This document shows, in pieces, positions 24,701 through 39,714 of a stretch of DNA of 64,000 nucleotides (the first letter of the stretch is position 1; each line of letters starts with the position of its first letter). The translations under genes were made by a program, and so were the position numbers. The stretch lies in assembly GCA_964016885.1 (NCBI GenBank), contig OZ024740.1, positions 5,084,001 to 5,148,000 on the forward strand, given 5' to 3'. This DNA is from Eledone cirrhosa. Lineage: Eukaryota. Under the pieces are notes generated by a model. That model did no database searches. It was given only the letters and a program-made list of their open reading frames with translations, and was not told the DNA's origin.

Positions 24701-27700
24701 TAGTGATGACAGAGAAATAACTTGTTTCTCTCTGTTACTGCTGTCATCCTTTAGTTCTAGTGATGACAGAGAAATAACTTGTTTCTCTCTGTCACTGCTG
24801 TCATTCTTTAGTTCTAGTGATGACAGAGAAATAACTTGTTTCTCACTGTCACTGCTGTGATTCTTTAGTTCTAGTGATGACAGAGAAATAACTTGTTTCT
24901 CTCTGTCACTGCTGTCATTCTTTAGTTCTAGTGATGACAGAGAAATAACTCATTTCTCTCTGTTACTGCTGTCATCCTTTATTTCTAGTGATGACAGAGA
25001 AATAACTTGTTTTTCTCTGTCACTGCTGTCATTCTTTAGTTCTAGTGATGACAGAGAAATAACTTGTTTCTCTCTGTTACTGCTGTCATTATTTAGTTCT
25101 AGTGATGACAGGGAAATAACTTGTATCTCTCTGTCACTGCTGTCATTCTTTAGTTCTAGTGATGACAGATAAATAACTTGTTTCTCTCTGTCACTGCTGT
25201 CATTCTTTAGTTCTAGTGATGACAGAGAAATAACTTGTTTCTCTCTGTCACTGCTGTCATCCTTTAGTTCTAGTGATGACAGAGAAATAACTTGTTTCTC
25301 TGTCACTGCTGTCATTCTTTAGTTCTAGTGATGACTGAGAAATAAGTTGTTTCTCTCTGTCACTGCTGTCATTCTTTACTTCTGCTGATGACAGAGAAAT
25401 AACTTGTTTCTCTCTGTCACTGCTGTCATTCTTTAGTTCTAGTGATGACAGAGATATAACTTGTTTCTCTCTGTCACTGCTGTCATTCTTTAGTTCTGCT
25501 GATGACAGAGAAATAACTTGTTTCTCTCTGTCATTCTTTAGTTCTAGTGATGACAGAGAAATAACTTGTTTCTCTCTGTCACTGCTGTCATTCTTTAGTT
25601 CTTCTGATGACAGAGAAATAACTTGTTTCTCTCTGTCATTCTTTAGTTCTACTGATGACAGATAAATAACTTGTTTCTCTCTGTCACTGCTGTCATTCTT
25701 TAGTTCTAGTGATGACAGAGAAATAAGTTGTTTCTCTCTGTCACTGCTGTCATTCTTTATTTCTAGTGATGACAGATAAATAACTTGTTTCTCTCTGTCA
25801 CTGCTGTCATCCTTTAGTTCTAGTGATGACAGAGAAATAACTTGTTTCTCTCTGTCACTGCTGTCATTCTTTAGTTCTAGTGATGACAGAGAAATAACTT
25901 GTTTCTCTCTGTCACTGCTGTCATTCTTTAGTTCTAGTGATGACAGAGATATAACTTGTTTCTCTCTGTCACTGCTGTCATTCTTTAGTTCTGCTGATGA
26001 CAGAGAAATAACTTGTTTCTCTCTGTCATTCTTTAGTTCTAGTGATGACAGATAAATAACTTGTTTCTCTCTGTCACTGCTGTCATTCTTTAGTTCTAGT
26101 GATGACAGAGAAATAAGTTGTTTCTCTCTGTCACTGCTGTCATTCTTTATTTCTAGTGATGACAGATAAATAACTTGTTTCTCTCTGTCACTGCTGTCAT
26201 CCTTTAGTTCTAGTGATGACAGAGAAATAAGTTGTTTCTCTCTGTCACTGCTGTCATTCTTTAGTTCTAGTGATGACAGAGAAATAAGTTGTTTCTCTCT
26301 GGCACTGCTGTCATTCTTTAGTTCTAGTGATGACAGAGAAATAACTTGTTTCTCTCTGTCACTGCTGTCATTCTTTAGTTCTTCTGATGACAGAGAAATA
26401 ACTTGTTTCTCTCTGTCATTCTTTAGTTCTACTGATGACAGATAAATAACTTGTTTCTCTCTGTCACTGCTGTCATTCTTTAGTTCTAGTGATGACAGAG
26501 AAATAACTTGTTTCTCTCTGTCACTGCTGTCATTCTTTAGTTCTAGTGATGACAGAGAAATAACTTGTTTCTCTCTGTCACTGCTGTCATTCTTTAGTTC
26601 TTCTGATGACAGAGAAATAACTTGTTTCTCTCTGTCATTCTTTAGTTCTACTGATGACAGATAAATAACTTGTTTCTCTCTGTCACTGCTGTCATTCTTT
26701 AGTTCTAGTGATGACAGAGAAATAAGTTGTTTCTCTCTGTCACTGCTGTCATTCTTTAGTTCTAGTGATGACAGAGAAATAACTTGTTTCTCTCTGTCAC
26801 TGCTGTCATTCTTTAGTTCTAGTGATGACAGACAAATAACTTGTTTCTCTCTGTCACTGCTGTCATTCTTTAGTTCTAGTGATGACAGAGAAATAACTTG
26901 TTTCTCTCTGTCACTGCTGTCATTCTTTAGTTCTAGTGATGACAGAGAAATAACTTGTTTCTCTCTGTCACTGCTGTCATTCTTTAGTTCTTCTGATGAC
27001 AGAGAAATAACTTGTTTCTCTCTGTCATTCTTTAGTTCTACTGATGACAGAGAAATAACTTGTTTCTCTCTGTCACTGCTGTCATTCTTTAGTTCTACTG
27101 ATCACAGAGAAATAACTTGTTTCTCTCTGTCACTGCTGTCATTCTTTAGTTCTAGTGATGACAGAGAAATAACTTGTTTCTCTCTGTCACTGCTGTCATT
27201 ATTTAGTTCTAGTGATGACAGAGAAATAACTTGTTTCTCTCTGTCACTGCTGTCATTCTTTAGTTCTAGTGATGACAGAGAAATAACTTGTTTCTCACTG
27301 TCACTGCTGTCATTCTTTAGTTCTAGTGATGACAGAGAAATAACTTGTTTCTCTCTGTCACTGCTGTCATTCTTTAGTTCTAGTGATGACAGAGAAATAA
27401 CTTGTTTCTCTCTGTCACTGCTGTCATTCTTTAGTTCTAGTGATGACAGAGAAATAACTTGTTTCTCTCTGTTACTGCTGTCATCCTTTAGTTCTAGTGA
27501 TGACAGAGAAATAACTTGTTTCTCTCTGTCACTGCTGTCATTCTTTAGTTCTAGTGATGACAGAGAAATAACTTGTTTCTCTCTGTTACTGCTGTCATTC
27601 TTTAGTTCTAGTGATGACAGAGAAATAACTTGTATCTCTCTGTCACTGCTGTCATTCTTTTGTTCTAGTGATGACAGATAAATAACTTGTTTCTCTCTGT

Positions 27701-30700
27701 CACTGCTGTCATTCTTTAGTTCTAGTGATGACAGAGAAATAACTTGTTTCTCTGTCACTGCTGTCATTCTTTAGTTCTAGTGATGACAGAGAAATAACTT
27801 GTTTCTCTCTGTTACTGCTGTCATTCTTTAGTTCTAGTGATGACAGAGAAATAACTTGTTTCTCTGTCACTGTTGTCATTCTTTAGTTCTAGTGATGACA
27901 GAGAAATAAGTTGTTTCTCTCTGTCACTGCTGTCATTCTTTACTTCTGCTGATGACAGAGAAATAACTTGTTTCTCTCTGTCACTGCTGTCATTCTTTAG
28001 TTCTAGTGATGACAGAGAAATAACTTGTTTCTCTCTGTCACTGCTGTCATTCTTTAGTTCTGCTGATGACAGAGAAATAACTTGTTTCTCTCTGTCATTC
28101 TTTAGTTCTAGTGATGACAGAGAAATAACTTGTTTCTCTCTGTCACTGCTGTCATTCTTTAGTTCTGCTGATGACAGAGAAATAACTTGTTTCTCTCTGT
28201 CATTCTTTAGTTCTAGTGATGACAGAGAAATAACTTGTTTCTCTCTGTCACTGCTGTCATTCTTTACTTCTAGTGATGTCAGAGAAATAAGTTGTTTCTC
28301 TCTGTCACTGCTGTCATTCTTTAGTTCTAGTGATGACAGAGAAATAACTTGTTTCTCTCTGTCACTGCTGTCATTCTTTAGTTCTTCTGATGACAGAGAA
28401 ATAACTTGTTTCTCTCTGTCATTCTTTAGTTCTACTGATGACAGATAAATAACTTGTTTCTCTCTGTCACTGCTGTCATTCTTTAGTTCTAGTGATGACA
28501 GAGAAATAAGTTGTTTCTCTCTGTCACTGCTGTCATTCTTTATTTCTAGTGATGACAGATAAATAACTTGTTTCTCTCTGTCACTGCTGTCATCCTTTAG
28601 TTCTAGTGATGACAGAGAAATAACTTGTTTCTCTCTGTCACTGCTGTCATTCTTTAGTTCTAGTGATGACAGAGAAATAAGTTGTTTCTCTCTGTCACTG
28701 CTGTCATTCTTTAGTTCTAGTGATGACAGAGAAATAACTTGTTTCTCTCTGTCACTGCTGTCATTCTTTAGTTCTAGTGATGACAGAGAAATAACTTGTT
28801 TCTCTCTGTCATTCTTTAGTTCTACTGATGACAGATAAATAACTTGTTTCTCTCTGTCACTGCTGTCATTCTTTAGTCCTAGTGATGACAGAGAAATAAG
28901 TTGTTTCTCTCTGTCACTGCTGTCATTCTTTAGTTCTAGTGATGACAGAGAAATAACTTGTTTCTCTCTGTCACTGCTGTCATTCTTTAGTTCTAGTGAT
29001 GACAGAGAAATAACTTGTTTCTCTCTGTCACTGCTGTCATTCTTTAGTTCTAGTGATGACAGAGAAATAACTTGTTTCTCTCTGTCACTGCTGTCATTCC
29101 TTAGTTCTAGTGATGACAGAGAAATAACTTGTTTCTCTCTGTCACTGCTGTCATTCTTTAGTTCTTCTGATGACAGAGAAATAACTTGTTTCTCTCTGTC
29201 ATTCTTTAGTTCTACTGATGACAGATAAATAACTTGTTTCTCTCTGTCACTGCTGTCATTCTTTAGTTCTAGTGATGACAGATAAATAACTTGTTTCTCT
29301 CTGTTACTGCTGTCATCCTTTAGTTCTAGTGATGACAGAGAAATAACTTGTTTCTCTCTGTCACTGCTGTCATTCTTTAGTTCTAGTGATGACAGAGAAA
29401 TAACTTGTTTCTCTCTGTCACTGCTGTCATTCTTTAGTTCTAGTGATGACAGAGAAATAACTTGTTTCTCTCTGTCACTGTTGTCATTCTTTAGTTCTAG
29501 TGATGACAGAGAAATAACTTGTTTCTCTCTGTTACTGCTGTCATCCTTTAGTTCTAGTGATGACAGAGAAATAACTTGTTTCTCTCTCTCACTGTTGTCA
29601 TTCTTTAGTTCTACTGATGACAGAGAAATAACATGTTTCTCTCTGTCACTGCTGTCATTCTTTAGTTCTAGTGATGACAGATAAATAACTTGTTTCTCTC
29701 TGTTACTGCTGTCATCCTTTAGTTCTAGTGATGACAGAGAAATAACTTGCTTCTCTCTGTCACTGCTGTCATTCTTTAGTTCTAGTGATGACAGAGAAGT
29801 AACTTGTTTCTCTCTGTCACTGCTGTCATTCTTTAGTTCTGCTGATGACAGAGAAATAACTTGTTTCTCTCTGTCACACTTTAGTTCTACTGATGACAGA
29901 GAAATAACTTGTTTCTCTGTCACTGCTGTCATTCTTTAGTTCTAGTGATGACAGAGAAATAACTTGTTTCTCTCTGTCACTGCTGTCATTCTTTAGTTCT
30001 ACTGATGACAGAGAAATAACTTGTTTCTCTCTGTCACTGCTGTCATTCTTTAGTTCTAGTGATGACAGACAAATAACTTGTTTCTCTCTGTCACTGCTGT
30101 CATTCTTTAGTTCTAGTGATGACAGAGAAATAACTTGTTTCTCTCTGTCACTGCTGTCATTCTTTAGTTCTAGTGATGACAGAGAAATAACTTGTTTCTC
30201 TCTGTCACTGCTGTCATTCTTTAGTTCTTCTGATGACAGAGAAATAACTTGTTTCTCTCTGTCATTCTTTAGTTCTACTGATGACAGAGAAATAACTTGT
30301 TTCTCTCTGTCACTGCTGTCATTCTTTAGTTCTACTGATGACAGAGAAAAAACTTGTTTCTCTCTGTCATTCTTTAGTTCTACTGATGACAGAGAAATAA
30401 CTTGTTTCTCTCTGTCATTATTTAGTTCTACTGATGACAGAGAAATAACCTGTTTCTCTCTGTCACTGTTGTCATTCTTTAGTTCTAGTGATGACAGAGA
30501 AATAACTTGTTTCTCTCTGTCACTGCTATCATTCTTTAGTTCTACTGATCACAGAGAAATAACTTGTTTCTCTCTGTCACTGCTGTCATTCTTTAGTTCT
30601 AGTGATGACAGAGAAATAACTTGTTTCTCTCTGTCACTGCTGTCATTCTTTAGTTCTAGTGATGACAGAGAAATAACTTGTTTCTCTCTGTCACTGCTGT

Positions 30701-33700
30701 CATTCTTTAGTTCTAGTGATGACAGAGAAATAACTTGTTTCTCTGTCACTGCTGTCATTCTTTAGTTCTAGTGATGACAGAGAAATAACTTATTTCTCTC
30801 TGTTACTGCTGTCATCCTTTAGTTCTAGTGATGACAGAGAAATAACTTGTTTCTCTGTCACTGTTGTCATTCTTTAGTTCTAGTGATGACAGAGAAATAA
30901 GTTGTTTCTCTCTGTCACTGCTGTCATTCTTTACTTCTGCTGATGACAGAGAAATAACTTGTTTCTCTCTGTCACTGCTGTCATTCTTTAGTTCTAGTGA
31001 TGACAGAGAAATAACTTGTTTCTCTCTGTCACTGCTGTCATTCTTTAGTTCTGCTGATGACAGAGAAATAACTTGTTTCTCTCTGTCATTCTTTAGTTCT
31101 AGTGATGACAGAGAAATAACTTGTTTCTCTCTGTCACTGCTGTCATTCTTTAGTTCTGCTGATGACAGAGAAATAACTTGTTTCTCTCTGTCATTCTTTA
31201 GTTCTAGTGATGACAGAGAAATAACTTGTTTCTCTCTGTCACTGCTGTCATTCTTTACTTCTAGTGATGTCAGAGAAATAAGTTGTTTCTCTCTGTCACT
31301 GCTGTCATTCTTTAGTTCTAGTGATGACAGAGAAATAACTTGTTTCTCTCTGTCACTGCTGTCATTCTTTAGTTCTTCTGATGACAGAGAAATAACTTGT
31401 TTCTCTCTGTCATTCTTTAGTTCTACTGATGACAGATAAATAACTTGTTTCTCTCTGTCACTGCTGTCATTCTTTAGTTCTAGTGATGACAGAGAAATAA
31501 GTTGTTTCTCTCTGTCACTGCTGTCATTCTTTATTTCTAGTGATGACAGATAAATAACTTGTTTCTCTCTGTCACTGCTGTCATCCTTTAGTTCTAGTGA
31601 TGACAGAGAAATAACTTGTTTCTCTCTGTCACTGCTGTCATTCTTTAGTTCTAGTGATGACAGAGAAATAAGTTGTTTCTCTCTGTCACTGCTGTCATTC
31701 TTTAGTTCTAGTGATGACAGAGAAATAACTTGTTTCTCTCTGTCACTGCTGTCATTCTTTAGTTCTAGTGATGACAGAGAAATAACTTGTTTCTCTCTGT
31801 CATTCTTTAGTTCTACTGATGACAGATAAATAACTTGTTTCTCTCTGTCACTGCTGTCATTCTTTAGTCCTAGTGATGACAGAGAAATAAGTTGTTTCTC
31901 TCTGTCACTGCTGTCATTCTTTAGTTCTAGTGATGACAGAGAAATAACTTGTTTCTCTCTGTCACTGCTGTCATTCTTTAGTTCTAGTGATGACAGAGAA
32001 ATAACTTGTTTCTCTCTGTCACTGCTGTCATTCTTTAGTTCTAGTGATGACAGAGAAATAACTTGTTTCTCTCTGTCACTGCTGTCATTCCTTAGTTCTA
32101 GTGATGACAGAGAAATAACTTGTTTCTCTCTGTCACTGCTGTCATTCTTTAGTTCTTCTGATGACAGAGAAATAACTTGTTTCTCTCTGTCATTCTTTAG
32201 TTCTACTGATGACAGATAAATAACTTGTTTCTCTCTGTCACTGCTGTCATTCTTTAGTTCTAGTGATGACAGATAAATAACTTGTTTCTCTCTGTTACTG
32301 CTGTCATCCTTTAGTTCTAGTGATGACAGAGAAATAACTTGTTTCTCTCTGTCACTGCTGTCATTCTTTAGTTCTAGTGATGACAGAGAAATAACTTGTT
32401 TCTCTCTGTCACTGCTGTCATTCTTTAGTTCTAGTGATGACAGAGAAATAACTTGTTTCTCTCTGTCACTGTTGTCATTCTTTAGTTCTAGTGATGACAG
32501 AGAAATAACTTGTTTCTCTCTGTTACTGCTGTCATCCTTTAGTTCTAGTGATGACAGAGAAATAACTTGTTTCTCTCTCTCACTGTTGTCATTCTTTAGT
32601 TCTACTGATGACAGAGAAATAACATGTTTCTCTCTGTCACTGCTGTCATTCTTTAGTTCTAGTGATGACAGATAAATAACTTGTTTCTCTCTGTTACTGC
32701 TGTCATCCTTTAGTTCTAGTGATGACAGAGAAATAACTTGCTTCTCTCTGTCACTGCTGTCATTCTTTAGTTCTAGTGATGACAGAGAAGTAACTTGTTT
32801 CTCTCTGTCACTGCTGTCATTCTTTAGTTCTGCTGATGACAGAGAAATAACTTGTTTCTCTCTGTCACACTTTAGTTCTACTGATGACAGAGAAATAACT
32901 TGTTTCTCTGTCACTGCTGTCATTCTTTAGTTCTAGTGATGACAGAGAAATAACTTGTTTCTCTCTGTCACTGCTGTCATTCTTTAGTTCTACTGATGAC
33001 AGAGAAATAACTTGTTTCTCTCTGTCACTGCTGTCATTCTTTAGTTCTAGTGATGACAGACAAATAACTTGTTTCTCTCTGTCACTGCTGTCATTCTTTA
33101 GTTCTAGTGATGACAGAGAAATAACTTGTTTCTCTCTGTCACTGCTGTCATTCTTTAGTTCTAGTGATGACAGAGAAATAACTTGTTTCTCTCTGTCACT
33201 GCTGTCATTCTTTAGTTCTTCTGATGACAGAGAAATAACTTGTTTCTCTCTGTCATTCTTTAGTTCTACTGATGACAGAGAAATAACTTGTTTCTCTCTG
33301 TCACTGCTGTCATTCTTTAGTTCTACTGATGACAGAGAAAAAACTTGTTTCTCTCTGTCATTCTTTAGTTCTACTGATGACAGAGAAATAACTTGTTTCT
33401 CTCTGTCATTATTTAGTTCTACTGATGACAGAGAAATAACCTGTTTCTCTCTGTCACTGTTGTCATTCTTTAGTTCTAGTGATGACAGAGAAATAACTTG
33501 TTTCTCTCTGTCACTGCTATCATTCTTTAGTTCTACTGATCACAGAGAAATAACTTGTTTCTCTCTGTCACTGCTGTCATTCTTTAGTTCTAGTGATGAC
33601 AGAGAAATAACTTGTTTCTCTCTGTCACTGCTGTCATTCTTTAGTTCTAGTGATGACAGAGAAATAACTTGTTTCTCTCTGTCACTGCTGTCATTCTTTA

Positions 33701-36700
33701 GTTCTAGTGATGACAGAGAAATAACTTGTTTCTCTGTCACTGCTGTCATTCTTTAGTTCTAGTGATGACAGAGAAATAACTTATTTCTCTCTGTTACTGC
33801 TGTCATCCTTTAGTTCTAGTGATGACAGAGAAATAACTTGTTTCTCTCTGTCACTGCTGTCATTCTTTAGTTCTACTGATGACAGATAAATAACTTGTTT
33901 CTCTCTGTCACTGCTGTCATTCTTTAGTTCTAGTGATGACAGAGAAATAAGTTGTTTCTCTCTGTCACTGCTGTCATTCTTTATTTCTAGTGATGACAGA
34001 TAAATAACTTGTTTCTCTCTGTCACTGCTGTCATCCTTTAGTTCTAGTGATGACAGAGAAATAAGTTGTTTCTCTCTGTCACTGCTGTCATTCTTTAGTT
34101 CTAGTGATGACAGAGAAATAACTTGTTTCTCTCTGTCACTGCTGTCATTCTTTAGTTCTTCTGATGACAGAGAAATAACTTGTTTCTCTCTGTCATTCTT
34201 TAGTTCTACTGATGACAGATAAATAACTTGTTTCTCTCTGTCACTGCTGTCATTCTTTAGTTCTAGTGATGACAGAGAAATAACTTGTTTCTCTCTGTCA
34301 CTGCTGTCATTCTTTAGTTCTAGTGATGACAGAGAAATAACTTGTTTCTCTCTGTCACTGCTGTCATTCTTTAGTTCTTCTGATGACAGAGAAATAACTT
34401 GTTTCTCTCTGTCATTCTTTAGTTCTACTGATGACAGATAAATAACTTGTTTCTCTCTGTCACTGCTGTCATTCTTTAGTTCTAGTGATGACAGAGAAAT
34501 AAGTTGTTTCTCTCTGTCACTGCTGTCATTCTTTAGTTCTAGTGATGACAGAGAAATAACTTGTTTCTCTCTGTCACTGCTGTCATTCTTTAGTTCTAGT
34601 GATGACAGACAAATAACTTGTTTCTCTCTGTCACTGCTGTCATTCTTTAGTTCTAGTGATGACAGAGAAATAACTTGTTTCTCTCTGTCACTGCTGTCAT
34701 TCTTTAGTTCTAGTGATGACAGAGAAATAACTTGTTTCTCTCTGTCACTGCTGTCATTCTTTAGTTCTTCTGATGACAGAGAAATAACTTGTTTCTCTCT
34801 GTCATTCTTTAGTTCTACTGATGACAGAGAAATAACTTGTTTCTCTCTGTCACTGCTGTCATTCTTTAGTTCTACTGATGACAGAGAAAAAACTTGTTTC
34901 TCTCTGTCATTCTTTAGTTCTACTGATGACAGAGAAATAACTTGTTTCTCTCTGTCATTATTTAGTTCTACTGATGACAGAGAAATAACCTGTTTCTCTC
35001 TGTCACTGTTGTCATTCTTTAGTTCTAGTGATGACAGAGAAATAACTTGTTTCTCTCTGTCACTGCTATCATTCTTTAGTTCTACTGATCACAGAGAAAT
35101 AACTTGTTTCTCTCTGTCACTGCTGTCATTCTTTAGTTCTAGTGATGACAGAGAAATAACTTGTTTCTCTCTGTCACTGCTGTCATTATTTAGTTCTAGT
35201 GATGACAGAGAAATAACTTGTTTCTCTCTGTCACTGCTGTCATTCTTTAGTTCTAGTGATGACAGAGAAATAACTTGTTTCTCACTGTCACTGCTGTCAT
35301 TCTTTAGTTCTAGTGATGACAGAGAAATAACTTGTTTCTCTCTGTCACTGCTGTCATTCTTTAGTTCTAGTGATGACAGAGAAATAACTTGTTTCTCTCT
35401 GTCACTGCTGTCATTCTTTAGTTCTAGTGATGACAGAGAAATAACTTGTTTCTCTCTGTTACTGCTGTCATCCTTTAGTTCTAGTGATGACAGAGAAATA
35501 ACTTGTTTCTCTCTGTCACTGCTGTCATTCTTTAGTTCTAGTGATGACAGATAAATAACTTGTTTCTCTCTGTCACTGCTGTCATTCTTTAGTTCTAGTG
35601 ATGACAGAGAAATAACTTGTTTCTCTCTGTCACTGCTGTCATCCTTTAGTTCTAGTGATGACAGAGAAATAACTTGTTTCTCTGTCACTGCTGTCATTCT
35701 TTAGTTCTAGTGATGACAGAGGAATAACTTGTTTCTCTCTGTTACTGCTGTCATTCTTTAGTTCTAGTGATGACAGAGAAATAACTTGTTTCTCTGTCAC
35801 TGTTGTCATTCTTTAGTTCTAGTGATGACAGAGAAATAAGTTGTTTCTCTCGGTCACTGCTGTCATTCTTTACTTCTGCTGATGACAGAGAAATAACTTG
35901 TTTCTCTCTGTCACTGCTGTCATTCTTTAGTTCTAGTGATGACAGAGAAATAACTTGTTTCTCTCTGTCACTGCTGTCATTCTTTAGTTCTGCTGATGAC
36001 AGAGAAATAACTTGTTTCTCTCTGTCATTCTTTAGTTCTAGTGATGACAGAGAAATAACTTGTTTCTCTCTGTCACTGCTGTCATTCTTTAGTTCTGCTG
36101 ATGACAGAGAAATAACTTGTTTCTCTCTGTCATTCTCTAGTTCTAGTGATGACAGAGAAATAACTTGTTTCTCTCTGTCAATGCTGTCATTCTTTACTTC
36201 TAGTGATGTCAGAGAAATAAGTTGTTTCTCTCTGTCACTGCTGTCATTCTTTAGTTCTAGTGATGACAGAGAAATAACTTGTTTCTCTCTGTCACTGCTG
36301 TCATTCTTTAGTTCTTCTGATGACAGAAAAATAACTTGTTTCTCTCTGTCATTCTTTAGTTCTACTGATGACAGATAAATAACTTGTTTCTCTCTGTCAC
36401 TGCTGTCATTCTTTAATTCTAGTGATGACAGAGAAATAAGTTGTTTCTCTCTGTCACTGCTGTCATTCTTTATTTCTAGTGATGACAGATAAATAACTTG
36501 TTTCTCTCTGTCACTGCTGTCATCCTTTAGTTCTAGTGATGACAGAGAAATAACTTGTTTCTCTCTGTCACTGCTGTCATTCTTTAGTTCTAGTGATGAC
36601 AGAGAAATAAGTTGTTTCTCTCTGTCACTGCTGTCATTCTTTAGTTCTAGTGATGACAGAGAAATAAGTTGTTTCTCTCTGTCACTGTTGTCATTCTTTA

Positions 36701-39700
36701 GTTCTAGTGATGACAGAGAAATAACTTGTTTCTTTCTGTCACTGCTGTCATTCTTTAGTTCTAGTGATGACAGAGAAATAACTTGTTTCTCTCTGTCACT
36801 GCTGTCATTCTTTAGTTCTTCTGATGACAGAGAAATAACTTGTTTCTCTCTGTCATTCTTTAGTTCTACTGATGACAGATAAATAACTTGTTTCTCTCTG
36901 TCACTGCTGTCATTCTTTAGTTCTAGTGATGACAGAGAAATAAGTTGTTTCTCTCTGTCACTGCTGTCATTCTTTAGTTCTAGTGATGACAGAGAAATAA
37001 CTTGTTTCTCTCTGTCACTGCTGTCATTCTTTAGTTCTAGTGATGACAGAGAAATAACTTGTTTCTCTCTGTCACTGCTGTCATACTTTAGTTCTAGTGA
37101 TGACAGAGAAATAACTTGTTTCTCTCTGTCACTGCTGTCATTCCTTAGTTCTAGTGATGACAGAGAAATAACTTGTTTCTCTCTGTCACTGCTGTCATTC
37201 TTTAGTTCTTCTGATGACAGAGAAATAACTTGTTTCTCTCTGTCATTCTTTAGTTCTACTGATGACAGATAAATAACTTGTTTCTCTCTGTCACTGCTGT
37301 CATTCTTTAGTTCTAGTGATGACAGATAAATAACTTGTTTCTCTCTGTTACTGCTGTCATCATTTAGTTCTAGTGATGACAGAGAAATAACTTGTTTCTC
37401 TCTGTCACTGCTGTCATTCTTTAGTTCTAGTGATGACAGAGAAATAACTTGTTTCTCTCTGTCACTGCTGTCATTCTTTAGTTCTAGTGATGACAGAGAA
37501 ATAACTTGTTTCTCTCTGTCACTGTTGTCATTCTTTAGTTCTAGTGATGACAGAGAAATAACTTGTTTCTCTCTGTTACTGCTGTCATCCTTTAGTTCTA
37601 GTGATGACAGAGAAATAACTTGTTTCTCTCTCTCACTGTTGTCATTCTTTAGTTCTACTGATGACAGAGAAATAACATGTTTCTCTCTGTCACTGCTGTC
37701 ATTCTTTAGTTCTAGTGATGACAGATAAATAACTTGTTTCTCTCTGTTACTGCTGTCATCCTTTAGTTCTAGTGATGACAGAGAAATAACTTGCTTCTCT
37801 CTGTCACTGCTGTCATTCTTTAGTTCTAGTGATGACAGAGAAATAACTTGTTTCTCTCTGTCACTGCTGTCATTCTTTAGTTCTGCTGATGACAGAGAAA
37901 TAACTTGTTTCTCTCTGTCACACTTTAGTTCTACTGATGACAGAGAAATAACTTGTTTCTCTGTCACTGCTGTCATTCTTTAGTTCTAGTGATGACAGAG
38001 AAATAACTTGTTTCTCTCTGTCACTGCTGTCATTCTTTAGTTCTAGTGATGACAGAGAAATAACTTGTTTCTCTGTCACTGCTGTCATTCTTTAGTTCTA
38101 GTGATGACAGAGAAATAACTTGTTTCTCACTGTCACTGCTGTCATTCTTTAGTTCTAGTGATGACAGAGAAATAACTTGTTTCTCTCTGTCACTGCTGTC
38201 ATTCTTTAGTTCTAGTGATGACAGAGAAATAACTTGTTTCTCTCTGTTACTGCTGTCATCCTTTAGTTCTAGTGATGACAGAGAAATAACTTGTTTCTCT
38301 CTGTCACTGCTGTCATTCTTTAGTTCTAGTGATGACAGAGAAATAACTTGTTTCTCACTGTCACTGCTGTGATTCTTTAGTTCTAGTGATGACAGAGAAA
38401 TAACTTGTTTCTCTCTGTCACTGCTGTCATTCTTTAGTTCTAGTGATGACAGAGAAATAACTCATTTCTCTCTGTTACTGCTGTCATCCTTTATTTCTAG
38501 TGATGACAGAGAAATAACTTGTTTCTCTCTGTCACTGCTGTCATTCTTTAGTTCTAGTGATGACAGAGAAATAACTTGTTTCTCTCTGTTACTGCTGTCA
38601 TTATTTAGTTCTAGTGATGACAGGGAAATAACTTGTATCTCTCTGTCACTGCTGTCATTCTTTAGTTCTAGTGATGACAGATAAATAACTTGTTTCTCTC
38701 TGTCACTGCTGTCATTCTTTAGTTCTAGTGATGACAGAGAAATAACTTGTTTCTCTCTGTCACTGCTGTCATCCTTTAGTTCTAGTGATGACAGAGAAAT
38801 AACTTGTTTCTCTGTCACTGCTGTCATTCTTTAGTTCTAGTGATGACTGAGAAATAAGTTGTTTCTCTCTGTCACTGCTGTCATTCTTTACTTCTGCTGA
38901 TGACAGAGAAATAACTTGTTTCTCTCTGTCACTGCTGTCATTCTTTAGTTCTAGTGATGACAGAGATATAACTTGTTTCTCTCTGTCACTGCTGTCATTC
39001 TTTAGTTCTGCTGATGACAGAGAAATAACTTGTTTCTCTCTGTCATTCTTTAGTTCTAGTGATGACAGAGAAATAACTTGTTTCTCTCTGTCACTGCTGT
39101 CATTCTTTAGTTCTTCTGATGACAGAGAAATAACTTGTTTCTCTCTGTCATTCTTTAGTTCTACTGATGACAGATAAATAACTTGTTTCTCTCTGTCACT
39201 GCTGTCATTCTTTAGTTCTAGTGATGACAGAGAAATAAGTTGTTTCTCTCTGTCACTGCTGTCATTCTTTATTTCTAGTGATGACAGATAAATAACTTGT
39301 TTCTCTCTGTCACTGCTGTCATCCTTTAGTTCTAGTGATGACAGAGAAATAACTTGTTTCTCTCTGTCACTGCTGTCATTCTTTAGTTCTAGTGATGACA
39401 GAGAAATAACTTGTTTCTCTCTGTCACTGCTGTCATTCTTTAGTTCTAGTGATGACAGAGATATAACTTGTTTCTCTCTGTCACTGCTGTCATTCTTTAG
39501 TTCTGCTGATGACAGAGAAATAACTTGTTTCTCTCTGTCATTCTTTAGTTCTAGTGATGACAGAGAAATAACTTGTTTCTCTCTGTCACTGCTGTCATTC
39601 TTTAGTTCTTCTGATGACAGAGAAATAACTTGTTTCTCTCTGTCATTCTTTAGTTCTACTGATGACAGATAAATAACTTGTTTCTCTCTGTCACTGCTGT

Positions 39701-39714
39701 CATTCTTTAGTTCT

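Noticed and set aside
22565-37976. 600-740 aa ORFs as genuine repeat proteins
   Set aside because: Pure satellite translation; starts arise from frameshifting 2-bp deletions; no unique N- or C-terminal sequence
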